Below are positions 1 through 13,477 of a stretch of DNA of 64,000 nt, one piece after another (the stretch's first letter is position 1; each line of letters begins with the position of its first letter). The stretch is from Octopus vulgaris (taxonomy: Eukaryota). The stretch is from positions 133,238,001 to 133,302,000 of the forward strand of contig OX597819.1 of the NCBI GenBank assembly GCA_951406725.2, in the 5' to 3' direction. The notes under the pieces are model-generated. The model was not told the DNA's origin, ran no database searches, and saw only the letters and a list, made by a program, of their open reading frames with translations. The translations under genes and the position numbers were made by a program.

Positions 1-1
1 T

Positions 2-205
2 TTTGTAGGCAATTTACATGAACAAGCCAATGGACGAAGCTCCATTTCCACTGGCGCTAACTTTCACCTGATAATGCAACTTCAAAACCTTTTGCATTAC
101 AAAATCAGCTGCGTACGCAGCTTCAAGGATGCCTTTGAAACAGAAGCTCCATCAAATTTTAATGTCATTAATGTTCAGAAAATGCTTGGAACATTCACGA
201 TGTGA
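2..205 (+). pseudogene. Probable Helitron Rep-region fragment
   Basis: Frame 2 reads FVGNLHEQANGR...LIMQLQNLLHYKISCVRSFKDAFE..., then EHSR after a frameshift. This resembles my recollection of the Helitron N-terminal pattern YF.GD..QA..R..LQ.MLH..N.YV.SFK.A.E..GEH.RR. Confidence 0.4.
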
Positions 206-470
206 ATCTTCCGAGTCCTCTCCCCCACCGTTCGCCAGCGCGCATATTTTCATATTCGTTTACTACATGTTGTTTTATACCTATTACACTATTTCTTGCT
301 CGGGTCAAACACTGGAGTTTAAAGGTCAACGTCTGACGATGTGAATTTTCCGAGTCCTCTCCCTCAACCCCCGGTCGCGAACGCGCATTTTTTCTTTCAT
401 ATTCGTTTAGAGCAAGTTGTTTTACACCTGTTACACTATTTTGTTTTCTGTTTTTACTCGGGTGAACCCT
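199..470. repeat. Diverged tandem duplication, ~140-bp unit
   Basis: gatgtgaat.ttccgagtcctctccc...cgcgcat...ttcatattcgttta...ttacactattt...ctcgggt occurs at ~199 and ~338. Confidence 0.7.
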
Positions 471-540
471 TAACTTTGACCGAATTTTGGTATTGAAATG
501 TGAATAATGGTTATAATTGTTTTTGAAGATAGTGACAATA

Positions 541-631
541 TTGATAATGATGATATGGGCGATGACTGTGATGATGACGATGATTAAGATGATGATGATG
601 TTGATGATGATGATTAAGATGATGATGATGT

Positions 632-692
<61 letters not shown>

Positions 693-696
693 AATA

Positions 697-779
<83 letters not shown>

Positions 780-783
780 AATA

Positions 784-819
<36 letters not shown>

Positions 820-895
820 ATGGTGACGGTGATGATGATGATGACAATGATGATGATGATGATGATTATGGTGACGGTGATGATGATGATGATGT

Positions 896-937
<42 letters not shown>

Positions 938-943
938 CGATGT
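541..943. repeat. (ATG)n microsatellite with variant units
   Basis: Directly visible; explains the poly-Met and poly-His ORFs. Confidence 0.98.
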
Positions 944-3477
944 GTTATGTTCAAAATAATATAACGTAACTGGAATATTTACTCTTTTAAACGTTGCTTC
1001 CGAATAGATTTCAGTTGCGTTTAAATATTTATAAAACTGTTTCTGTGTGAAGATGCGTGCAATTTCTTTCATCTGCTCATAAAATGAAGTAACCGTTTGC
1101 CAGAGGAGTGAAATCAGCTTTCACATATATTCCACTAATTTACTTTGCAAACTACAGCATTTTAATAGTATTTTCTTTGGTTTCGACAGCTTTGCGGCAT
1201 AATATTTGCTTTCTTTCCAAGAACTAGCAAATTATTTATTCTATTCTTTCTGTCATAATTTGCTTAGGAAGACATTTTCAGAACTTCAATTTAACGCATT
1301 ACTGCTGCCGCTTTATCAGCGTAAGATCTTTGTGGTGACATTCCAAATCCTATTGTGATAATGTTTCAAATATATCATTTCCTTGATAAAATGCAACCGT
1401 AGATTGCGCTTTCTTGAAATTCCTGCTTCATATATACACGGATGGCGAATAAAATAGCGAAAATAAGTCAAAGCTAGATTTGCCTCATCTACGACGAGAA
1501 GAATAAAAGCCGGTTGGAAAAGTAATTTTATCAGGTTTGCAGTGAAAGTCAAATTGATTAAGTTGTTTGTGGTTTCTCGTTTTTCTTTATGTTTTGGAGT
1601 TGAGCATTCACAGTCGATACGAAACGAATGGAGTCTATCTAGAATATTTGATTCACCATTTTTCCTTCATCCCTTATGAGAAATACAAAATAAAACTGTA
1701 TATGAAACACCAGATTAGCGTAAATGTAACAAATAAGAATTGTTTCTTGTTTGTTGCAGTGACACATTAGAAGATCAAATGTTTTGCTGTCTTGTGAAGT
1801 CATAAAACCCTCTGCGAGACTATTCATCCATTGAAGTCAAAGAAAAGTTCCGAAGATAAAAGATATACATAAAACTCTTTAGATCCTCAGCATGTTGTAC
1901 AAGACGAAACTCTTTTCCTTCTGCTAAGGAAAAAAAGCGTTGGATTTTGATTACAGCGTATTGCAGAAGATCACAAGGGGAGAGAATTATGAAGACGAAG
2001 AACAAGACAATGAAGGAGAAGAGATGAAAAAGTGGGGGAGGAGGAGGAGGAGGAGGAGGAAGAGGAGAATCTAGAAGAAGATAGGAGAAGAAACTATATT
2101 ATTCCATTGGTTGTTTTAATCACATGACAAGTCATAAACTTATGTTTCAAATAATAAAGAGAATAATTAAATCTTCCATCCCTCAATAGGCCACCATTGG
2201 GATTCTAGATTTTCACACTGCTAACTGAATAACTGTCTTTTTGAAAGCCAAAATTTCTGCGGATTATTCACAGTGATTAATGTTTAATCCATTAAATCCC
2301 GCTTTTCAGATTTATACATTTATCACCGTATTGATCAGACCTTCAGAAGTTGTTTTGCACCGCTGATCACAATGCGCTTCCAATTTTTTTTCATCATGTC
2401 ATTGTTTCCCATCTTGACCCAAATTGTTTTATTTGGATCGCCTTCCAAGGGGCCTTCTCCGATCTCTTGCATATCACTCAGCAAATCCATGGGTTCACCT
2501 GCAACACGTCTACCCAGCAGAACTTGCACTTTCCTTTCTCCGTGACCACATCGTCCACTCTTCTCCGTTCACGAATTATCTACACATACATATACACGAA
2601 CACACACACACACACGCGCGCATGCGTCTAAGTGGCGAGAACCAAAACCAAAGACCAGGAATGTTGAGAATATTTTAATAGAAGAGAAAGATTTTGAGCT
2701 GTTAGAGTTTAAATAAATTTCTCATCTTCGATTCAGTAGAAATTATCGATTGTCTCCCTTGAAAATAGTTTGTTTCCGCACGGTTTAGCCTCATTTTGTT
2801 TGTACGTAAGAGTTTTCTATGGCAGGCAACGTATTTTATGTAGATTTGAGGTGTAACATATTACTTAGTCATCTGTACGACAAAAGGATTAAATAATGGG
2901 AGCAACATCATCCATATTAAAAGAAATAGCGACACAAAATGCAAGCAAATCCATAACGTTAATCACGAACAAGTATAGCGGGAACTAAACAGAATGCTAT
3001 CAGTCTCTGGATGAAAGCATTTTTGGCGGGTATTAATTTATATTAAAAGCAAAATAAAGGAGTATTTTTCAATATTGATTTTTTTTTCCCTTTTAACTTT
3101 CTGTCGATGGTTTTCATTCCCCTCCCCCGCCACACACATTCTTTTTATTATCTCTTTTCTTCTTTTTCCTGGCGTTTATTGCTTGTCTTTCCTTTTCCTC
3201 TTTGAAATGTTCTGGTTTACAAATAATTATATAATGTCTTTCTCTAAACTCTCACACCTTATTTCAGTTATACACTATTGATTAAAAAAAAAACAATATA
3301 CAGAGCTAACATTTCTAAAACGGCTTCGATATATTTAATGAGAGATAAACCCCACCAAATTTATGAATATGTAAATGAAATTCAATATTGACAGTGTTTT
3401 GAGCTGAAGTGTTTTGAACACCTTTATTCTTTGTTTCACTCAACAAGTGTTTGTTTATGAAATATAAATTAGTTTTA

Positions 3478-3755
3478 AAATTTGGCACAAAACCAGCAGT
3501 TTCGGGGGTGGGGAAGGGACTTAGTTGATTACATTAACCCCTGTGCTCAAACTGGTACCGCTTCTATTGTCCCAGAAAGAATGAAAGACAAAGTCTACCT
3601 AGGCGGAATTTGAACTCAAAACGTAAAGATGGACGAAATGCCGCTAAGCATTTGTTCCGGTATGTAAACAATTCTCACCACCTGACGTAAAGCCAGAAGA
3701 AAAGCGCTAAGCCTTTTATCTGGCGTCTTAACGACACTTCCAGCTCCCCGCCTTA
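3478..3755 (-). mobile_element. tRNA-derived SINE family A, diverged
   Basis: Reverse complement matches the copies at 32408 and 44753 (aaatgcttagcgg...gagttcaaattccgcc...tttcat.ctttc). Confidence 0.75.
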
Positions 3756-4562
3756 CATATGAAACATAGATTAATCTGTTATGCAAGTCGGAGTCCTACT
3801 ATTAGAAACAATTTATTAAAAATGTGCAAGATGCTCTTTCATTTAGGATATTAAGAATAAATTGGATTTCCTGGAATGGAATCCTCTAGATATAAAGTAT
3901 GTTTAGAGACCGTTTTATATATTTTCCCCCATTCCATAAACACTTTGCTGTAAATTTGCCGAAGCATAATGAATTTTCAAATCGTAAAGAATCCCCCAAA
4001 ATGAATGATTGTAGTTAAAGCTGTTTTCCAATATGGCAAGTCATTATTTTGTTAACACCATCCTTGGGTCCTTGACACGTGTTTAAAGACTTTAATTGAA
4101 AAAAGATTCAACTTCGTCGATGAAATTCTACTGCTATAGTTTTGGTGTGAATTGGTTCCTGCCTAATTGTCTTTCTTGTTCAGAATTTAAAAACAATATA
4201 CTCCATACAGTAATTTATATCCTTTTAGATGTGTGCTTTCAAGATTTCATGTTGACGTACTTCAGATAAAATGCTTTTCAGCGAATTTTACTAACTCGTT
4301 CTCGTGTACATCGGTGCATCACTGCATACACGTCCCCCCTCTCTCTCTCTCTGTATATATATATATATAACACAAATACATACGCAAATATCTTCTTCTC
4401 CTTCCTAACTTTATCACTCATGCTTTTTAGAATAACAAATTCTACGCAAATTCTATAAACAAAACATGCAAAAGAAATATTTTCATGAATTGAACAGCAA
4501 CTGCTACCATCCACTGACCATTCAAAATACTTCTATCATGGCGCTCCCGAATTACTATTATT

Positions 4563-4639
4563 CCCCTCCTCCTCCCTTTTCTTCTTCTTCTTCTTCTTCT
4601 TCTTCTTCTTCTTCTTCTTCTTCTTCTTCTTCTTCTTCT
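4563..4639. repeat. (CTT)n microsatellite
   Basis: Directly visible. Confidence 0.95.
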
Positions 4640-4800
4640 ACTACCAAGAATTCACAACGACCTCGAACCCACATGAGTAAACAAGAGAGACAGAGAAAGG
4701 CAGAAACAAGGAAAATGCCACTAATATTTTAACACTATACAAATATTCTTTTAAAAAAACTTTTCTTTTAATTTTTCTAACTTTAATTATTTAATTGTTA

Positions 4801-4836
4801 CAGTTGAAAAAGTCTCAATGACTGAAACCGGTACTG
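4801..4836 (+). ncRNA. Degenerate minimal hammerhead-like motif
   Basis: CAG-TTGAAAA-AGTC(tcaat)GACT-GAAAC-CG-GTA-CTG. All three stems pair; the core has 2 mismatches to CUGANGA. Confidence 0.45.
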
Positions 4837-5017
4837 AAATGATTGTTATAAAATTATTTTAGCATTTTCTATCTTGACTATTTTTTCAATATATATATAT
4901 ATATATATATATAAGATTAGCTAAGATTAGCTCGTATACGAGTGGGTATATATTTGTAAAAAATGAAGTTCGAATATGCTGCTATATTAGACAAATTTTT
5001 AATTTTTATATATACAT

Positions 5018-5054
5018 TATAACATGTTTCGGTTCTTGAGAACCTTATCAAAAA
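5018..5054 (-). ncRNA. Degenerate minimal hammerhead-like motif
   Basis: Reverse complement TTGATAA-GGTTCT(ca)AGAACC-GAAAC-AT-GTT. Stem II and the palindromic stem III are intact; the core has 2 mismatches. Confidence 0.4.
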
Positions 5055-5254
5055 AAGTTATATATATAAAAAGATAGTTCATGCTATCAAATATAAAAAA
5101 TTCATTTATAATATACAATAGAGCCAGACATCAAAAGTTCATATATAGTGAAGTGAGTTCGTTCATGCTATATGTTTAGAGAGTATGATGCAGTGGTTCA
5201 TAGTGGTGATATGCATATATATATATTATTTTTTTCAGAGATGCATATATACAG

Positions 5255-6820
5255 TGATGTACATTGTAGCTCAGTGTAGGCCTTCTTCGTTTGGGCTCTG
5301 CGTGAGCTCGCCGTACAACAGCTGTATGGGTACACGGTTGTCAGTCATTTTGAGGACGTGGTCTGTCGAGCATTACTGGGCCTTCTGTAACATTGACTCA
5401 ATTGTTGTTGAACCAGCTCTGTCCAGCACTCTTGGTTGGTCACCGTCGCGAAATGCATTGAAGGCCGTGGTTTCAAGCACCTTGTACAGTTCTGCAGGAA
5501 TTCCATCTGCTCTCGGAGTCGGTTTAGAAGTATGTTGAAGTGTTTCTCCCTTCTTGCCTTGATTCTTTCTTTGTCTTTGACGATAGTTTGGCCATCAGCA
5601 GGCATCAGGTGGGTTTTTTCTACATTTTTGGAAGGGCCGTAGATGGTTTTGATGGTACTGTACATCATCATGGAGTTGTTGATGTCGGCGTAGTGCTATA
5701 CTTCTTCAGGTTTATGCTCCTACCATCTGCCTTGCATGCTGCCAAATTTTCTCTAGGTTTTGGTTTGACAGTCCCTGCATCTGTGACGCCGTGAGGAGCT
5801 GTTTGGCTGATTCCGCCATTCACTGTAAGCCTTTCTCTTATCATCCTATATTATCTGTACAGCCTCGTCATTGTCATAAAACCAGTTCCGATGAAACTTT
5901 TCATTTGGACCTTGAACTGATTTAGCTGTCTTTGTGACGACATCTTTGAACTGGTTCCTCTTTTCATCTGCTCCACCAGTTTGCAGTCCTATCGCCTCGA
6001 ACTTGACATCAAAGTTGAACTGGAACTCCTGCTGGTATTTGGCTGGAAGATGTCTGGCAGTGTTGAAGGTCAGTCTAATGAGCTTTGGGCTCTTGTGGTA
6101 CTGGGAAACTATGCTGATGTTGAGCTTGGCTCTTATCATTTTGTGCTCCGTCCAGCACTTCGCTCCAGGCATTGCCCTTGTGATGAGGACATCACTGCTA
6201 TCACGTTGCCGGGTGATAATGTAGTCAATGAGATGCCACTGTTTCGAACGCGGATGCATCCTTGATGGCTTATCACTTACAGCTTGCAGCAAAATAGTGT
6301 TGGTAATTAGCAGGATGTGCTCAGCGTTTGTTGTGCATCATCAGAAGGCCATTGCCACTCATTTTCCCAGCTCCATGCTTCCCTACAACTCCTCTCCGCT
6401 GTTCTTTGTCCCTGCCAACTCTGGCGTTGAGGTTCCCTCCTGAAATTACAAAGCTGTCGCTGGCAGGCATAGTATGTATCACAGTGACAAGGTCCGCATA
6501 AGACTACTCTCTAATCTCATCTGTGCACGTCATCGTGGTGGCGTGATCTCTCGTTGAGGCTGGTGAAGCGTTTGTTGTTGACAGGGTGGCGAAACTTCAT
6601 AAGCCTTTCATTTACGCCTGTGGGAAGGCTGGGAATCTGTTTCAAGAGACTGGAATTGATGGTGAATCTAGCTCCGTGTATTCTGTTCTCATGGGGGGCG
6701 GGGATTGCCTTTCCAGAAGAAAGTGTAGTCGCATCCTGGGTCATATCAGCGACCCTTCCACAGCCGGTCGAGCTGCTATGTCGATTCTGTATCTCGATAA
6801 TTCTTTGGCAATGAATTAAG
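5255..6820 (-). mobile_element. RTE-clade LINE remnant: APE endonuclease plus linker, RT core absent
   Basis: Minus-strand peptides IAKELSRYRIDIAA, LPTGVNERLMKFR and HPRSKQWHLIDYIITRQRDSSDVLITRAMPGAKCWTEHKMIRAKL are typical of RTE/BovB-like endonuclease; many frameshifts. Confidence 0.88.
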
Positions 6821-8224
6821 TTCCCCTGAAATGTGAATACAAACGGAGAAAAACAAGTGTCACGTAAATCGCTAAACTTGTTTTGTGGGGTATAAATACC
6901 CGAAACGGTGCATAATGGGAAAATACTCCCAAACTAACTTAACCCTCAAAGGGAAGAAACTCTAACCTTTCGATTAGACACATTATGATGGCCAAAAGCT
7001 TTAGTGACTTTAACTTACTAACAAAAAAATACGATCCGTTTTTTACAGTAAATGTTTCTGTTTTCGTTTTTGTTAAAAACAATATTTTAATCATTTAGAA
7101 ATATTTTTAAGTGAATGTGATTTCAAAAATCTAAGTTGTTTGTACAGGAATTACTTATATTTTAACTTCCTTTAAACGGACGATATTTTAATATTTTTAT
7201 AAATTATTTTCAAGTGAATACCGTTACTAAAACGTTTTTGTCATATCTCAAATGTATTCTAAAGTAAAAATTACTTTAAAAATAAGGTAAATATTTCGTA
7301 AACGGCCCGTTCGTAACCTCAGTGTGAAATCATTCAATTCCATTGGATTTTTTCGAGTGCATTCAACGTAGCTCACGTCGAAAGATGTGGCTGTTATTTC
7401 TAGCAGGCTCTGCTACCACGTAACAGCTATTTACAAGAAAGGACTCCAAATAGCTGTTACGTGGTAGCAGGGCGTGGAAGAAGTAGCAGCCAAATATTTC
7501 CTTTTCTGAAGAAAGCCACTTACGCGTGATTTTGATGTCATTCGTTGGAAGCATGCGCAATAACCTGGAAGAGAAAAAAAACACGAAACAAAACTCCGTT
7601 GATGGGAAATTCAGAGTTCCCCAAGACACTCCGAGGTTCCCACAACCCCTCCTCCTTTCTTTTCCGTAAGAAAGTGGCTTGCGGTGGGTTTGGAAGTGAG
7701 ATACGTTGAATGTACTCGAAAAAATCTTTGGAGAAATTATTTCACGCCGCAGTTCGAACGGGTCCTTTACGAAATATTTACCCACGATCGGTGCAAGCAT
7801 GCGAAGATAAGGGTCGACGAGACTGATAAAGTAAGGGCTGAGCGTCTGGCAGAAGAGAAGAAAAGAGATAGAAGTAGGAGAGATCAGGAATCGTACGTCG
7901 GAGAGCTGAGCATCTGGCGAAACAGAGGGAAAGAGACAAAAGCAAGAGACGTCATGAGTCGGATATTCATGTGAATACAAACGGAATAACACATTTTGCG
8001 TACATTGGTCCACGAATTACCGAAATACGCGGTTTTTCGGGTATCTATATAAACAGCCAAACCGGCGTATACTGGGGAAAATGCTTTCAAAGTAAGATAA
8101 CATTGAAATGGGAATACACATGGAATAACAGAAGTTTCGCGTAAATTGGACCACGGATTCCAGAGATACGCGGTTTTTATGGGTATCTTGAATTAGTGGT
8201 CAACTAAAGGGTCACAGATTATAA

Positions 8225-8229
8225 CTATA

Positions 8230-8310
<81 letters not shown>
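8225..8310. repeat. (TA)n-(GA)n compound microsatellite; second one at 8592-8695
   Basis: Directly visible. Confidence 0.95.
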
Positions 8311-8315
<5 letters not shown>

Positions 8316-8588
8316 AAATTGGATAGCCTACAATAAGGAACAATACCAATTTATGGGTATCGAAGTTATCAGGAAATTCGATAAGCTAATAGTATCTTTA
8401 TAGCTCACGGCTAGCAACTAGAGTTGCTACAATTGCGAATAAGAGTTCAAATTGAGTAGAACGGGTAAAATATAGACTACATATGTTTCGTAGGCAGCTG
8501 AGTGGCAACATCAGAAGATCACCTTAGAAAGAAGCATTTGTAGCCTAAATTTTACCCGTTTCACTCGTCAATTTTTATTTGTCTGTGA

Positions 8589-8689
<101 letters not shown>

Positions 8690-8861
8690 GAGAGAAGGAG
8701 AGGGGGAGAAAGAGGGGGGATTAGATACATAGACAGATAGAAAAAAAGTTGTTTTTCAGATGAGAATAATGGAAGAAACAACGTGAGATGGACAAATCAA
8801 GTAAGAAGAGATATTTAGGGTGTTGGTGAGAGTGTAATAAGTAAACCGACCGTGTGTGTGC

Positions 8862-8893
<32 letters not shown>

Positions 8894-9173
8894 GAGAGAT
8901 TGGGGGAGAGAAAGAGAGAGTGTGGAAGGGGTTTAATTAGAGAGGCCAAATGTAAAACAAAGGGAAACGAAAGAAGAAATAGAAGAAAAGTAATCAGTAA
9001 GAAATGGTTTGTGTATATATCAGGAAAATGTAGCAGAGGAAACGGTCAATATAATTTGGTATTTAAATTGACCAATTTTTTCCATAAGACTCAGCACTGG
9101 CTAAAGAAATACACACGCAAGTGGGTGTATACGTGTCTATGAATCTGTCTGAATACATAGAATATATAGCGAT

Positions 9174-9209
<36 letters not shown>

Positions 9210-10063
9210 GCACGTGGGTGTATACATTTGTCTATGAATGTAAACCCACATCTCTGTCGACATAAATAGCCATTAATTATCCACGTTATATATCAATGTC
9301 TAACTGTATTTTTCGGACGTTTAATTATGTAAAAAGAATCCAGCTTCTCGCTCATTTTGAACTGGTGAAATGAAATTTCCAATTCGTCATACAATGTCAG
9401 TATACATACCGAGCCTATAAAACGAACATCGATGACATAACTTAGATTTGTTTCCTCCTAGCCTGCAGTCTTTTATCAAATGTTTGACAATTTCTTGGTC
9501 TTACTGACATCTTTTGGAACTTCCTCCTTCTACATATTAATTTGTGATACTTCCTCAACCTTCCCGTCTAATTTCCTCCCTAATTTCTGATTACTGTTCA
9601 ATATTTCCTTCTTCGATTTCTCTTCTTTTATTATTTAAGCTATTAAACTCTGCAGGTTACATCTTATATCTAATAAACCCCTTTTGGAAGAGTGAAGTGC
9701 AATATAATAATACAATGTATTGTTTTCAAGAATATGTTTATATTCGACTTTCTAAATGCAGGAGGCCGTTTTAGAATAGGAAAAAAATCATTTAAGTAGA
9801 CCCAATAATAAATGTATTAAAGAAATGAGTAGTCATATGTTCTGACAGACATTCTTATTGAATAACAACGCAAGTGGCTGAATATTCCATAGACAGATAT
9901 AGTGTTAATGCAATTTCAATGCGGAATCAGAGCGACGGATCTCCACCCAGTTTCTTTATTCCTTATTTCAATGCCAATATTCACGCATCAAATTCCACTC
10001 AAATGGCTCAAACCGAGAACATCCTAGTTGCAAAGTAAAACATCTTAACCGTTCATCTATATG

Positions 10064-10129
<66 letters not shown>

Positions 10130-11310
10130 CATTAAGTAATTATATGTATGTATGCAAAAGTAATTAAAAGTGTTGTTCTCAGAAGAATTTGAAACCACCA
10201 GAAATATTATCAAGTGGTTTAGCATTATAAAATCGTATTAATTCTTGATAATTATTCATGGGAATGTAAACGTCGAACGAAAACGCATTTTTCTTCGCTA
10301 TTACTGGATTATTACTGGAGACCATTTCGATTTGAAAGATAAAGTACCGGAATAATTCATTGAGTCATTTTTCAGAGTTCGATTTCTGGCGTGTGGATAT
10401 TAATGCCACCATGTTTCTGAAGTAAAATACATTAATTGTAATATGATATGTGATGGAATATCAATGATAACATAATAGATATTAATAGAAAAACAATATA
10501 CAATGCTCTTAATAATATAATATACTGGATCATGTTAATGTGATGTATACCAAACTTATGCTAAAAGCTATAATATTGTAATATATTTGAAGCACTTGAC
10601 GTATCCATGAAATTAATACTAAAATCGCTTCCTTTTCAGAAATAAAACATTAAATTCACGACAGTAAAGTAATTTTCTCGAAATGTTAATAATTTTTAAC
10701 GGCATTTTATTAATATGTGGAGTATGATAGGGAGAAGTGGGGAAGATTTATCACCATAAAATGTCACACTCTTATAAACTATTTCGTAAAGCGAATGCCA
10801 TTGTCTGTTATGTAAATATATTTATATTAATAGTGAATGTATAACTGGGTGGTTACGTTGCACGCGTTCATAAGGATGAAAACCATGGTCCGATTCCAAT
10901 TTGGCAAGGACATTCATCATAACCTCACAACCAACCTTAGTTCGAAATAAATTTAAGCAGACAAAGGCCCATGACAAGGAATACACCTGTACATACCTGC
11001 TAAGCATAAACTATTGCGTGTATCAAAGTTCATGCCTTCAATAGAATGATAATGCACACATAAGTGACATCGTTTCTCAATGAAGCATGAATCATGTTTT
11101 TCTTCTTTCCAACCCATCTGACGGGTTATACAAAACAATTATGGTCGCGCACGCTTTTGACTCTCATACACCAAGACTAGAATGTTGCATGCAATTGTTT
11201 TAGTAAAACATTTATATAGATTAAGTGTATTTTTCATTGGGGGTTTTCTTTTTTTCTCTTCATTGTCGTCCCACATTTTTTTCGCATTCAAAACCTAGAC
11301 CAAGAATACT

Positions 11311-11589
11311 ATGTGTGTGTGTGTGTGCGTGTATATATATATATATATATATATATATGAGGAAACCCCATGCACACACGCATACATTCACACACACACA
11401 CACATACATTCATTCATACATACATACATACATACACACATACACACACATACATACACACATACATACATACATACATACATACACACACATACACGCA
11501 TGCACACATACATATATACATACACACACACATACACGCATGCACACATACATACACACACACATACATACATACATACATACATACAT

Positions 11590-11646
<57 letters not shown>

Positions 11647-11950
11647 TACACACACACATACATACATACATACATACATACATACATACACACATACACA
11701 CACACATACATACATACATGCACACATACATACAAACACACACACATACACACACACATACACACACATACATACATACAGACATACATACATACATACA
11801 GACATACACACATACACACTCACACATACATACATACATACATACACACACACATACATACATACACACACACATACATACATACACACACATACACACA
11901 CACATACACACACATACACACACACATACATACATACATATATACATACA

Positions 11951-11981
<31 letters not shown>

Positions 11982-13113
11982 GGGGTTGGCGTGCGCCAGT
12001 GTGTGTATGGGTGTGCCTGTGGATTCACATACGCCCACACCAAAAAAAAATTTTTTTTCCATCAATCTTTCAATTATAAGGTGTGGGCTTGCATACATAT
12101 ATATACACACATATAAACATATAAACACACATATAAACCCCTACATTTGTACACACACGCACATATATACATACATTCACCCCCACGCACGTACACACAC
12201 ACGCACACATTTACATATATATACAATACACGCACACACACATACACACGTACAAACACACACTAATTCACATACACACCGACACATATACATACACACA
12301 ATATATACCTACACGCGCACGCACACATACACATACATACACACATATAAGCACAGACACATACATACGCACACCAAAACATGCGCACACATACGCAGGC
12401 ACACGCGCGAAAAAACTCACAACCTCACAGATACACGCATATACATCCATATACGCTTACACACACACACATACAAACGCACACATACACGCACACACAA
12501 CTACACGCACACACAACTACACGCACATACATACACACACACACACAAATGAACCCATACATACATCCCATACACACGGCACACAACCATACATACACGC
12601 ACACACATACATACACCCACACAATTATACATACATATATATACACACAGACGCACGTACAAGCACACACGCACACATACACTAAGTTAAGCACAGTTAC
12701 TCGCCAAACACCCAAACTCCACGCATACACACAAAAACACAAACATACACACACACATACTACAAACAAAACGCACACACGATACATATACATACACGCA
12801 CACACACAAACCTCTTTGTTTTTGACCTGCGATTGGACCCAAAACACCACTCCTTAATTCTTACTACTAGCCTGCTAGCCAGTTGTTCGCCATACACACA
12901 CACACGCACGCACACACACATGCACGCACACACACACGCACCCACACACACACGCACGCACACACACACGCAAGCACACACACACGCACGCACACACACG
13001 TGTCATCATTGCACACACACACACACGCGCGCACACGCTGACCTCCCCGCACGCACTACACCCAGATACACGCGCACACGCTGACCTCCCCGCATGCACT
13101 ACACCCACACACA
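11311..13113. repeat. Long degenerate (CA)n/(CATA)n simple-repeat tract
   Basis: Directly visible; source of the HT/YI/VC-rich ORFs. Confidence 0.95.
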
Positions 13114-13283
13114 TCTCCCCCTCACTTTCTTTACCATACTGTCTTTGATATAGCTCTCCTGTCTTTTAAAAAACATTATTCTTCTACTTTTACTACTTCC
13201 GTCTTTTAGTATGTGACCTCGTCTGTATCCCTAGCGATTTTTTTCCCCTGTCTTCCCTTCTCGGGATCTTTCCTTCTCCTATG

Positions 13284-13316
13284 TTTCCGACGAAGAGCTC
13301 CGCTCGAAACGTCAAA
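13284..13316 (+). ncRNA. Minimal hammerhead-like motif in a short element ending at (TA)n
   Basis: TTT-CCGACGA-A-GAGC(tcc)GCTC-GAAAC-GTC-AAA; one core mismatch; related motif at 44283. Confidence 0.55.
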
Positions 13317-13407
13317 TCCTCCTTCTTCCCTTCTTTCCTGAGGGTCCAATAATACTATAGTTGTTCCACGTCCTTGCGTTGTTGTTTTTGTTTTCTTGTT
13401 TGGATTA

Positions 13408-13477
<70 letters not shown>

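Noticed and set aside
511-969. Poly-His and poly-Met ORFs
   Set aside because: Translations of an (ATG)n microsatellite.
2335-2529. 64-aa ORF with IWVKMGNND, faintly SGNH-esterase-like
   Set aside because: One short motif only; insufficient evidence.
11225-13114. Long HT/YI/VC-rich ORFs up to 413 aa, and similar YI-repeat ORFs elsewhere
   Set aside because: CA/TA simple repeats lack stop codons; no coding signal.
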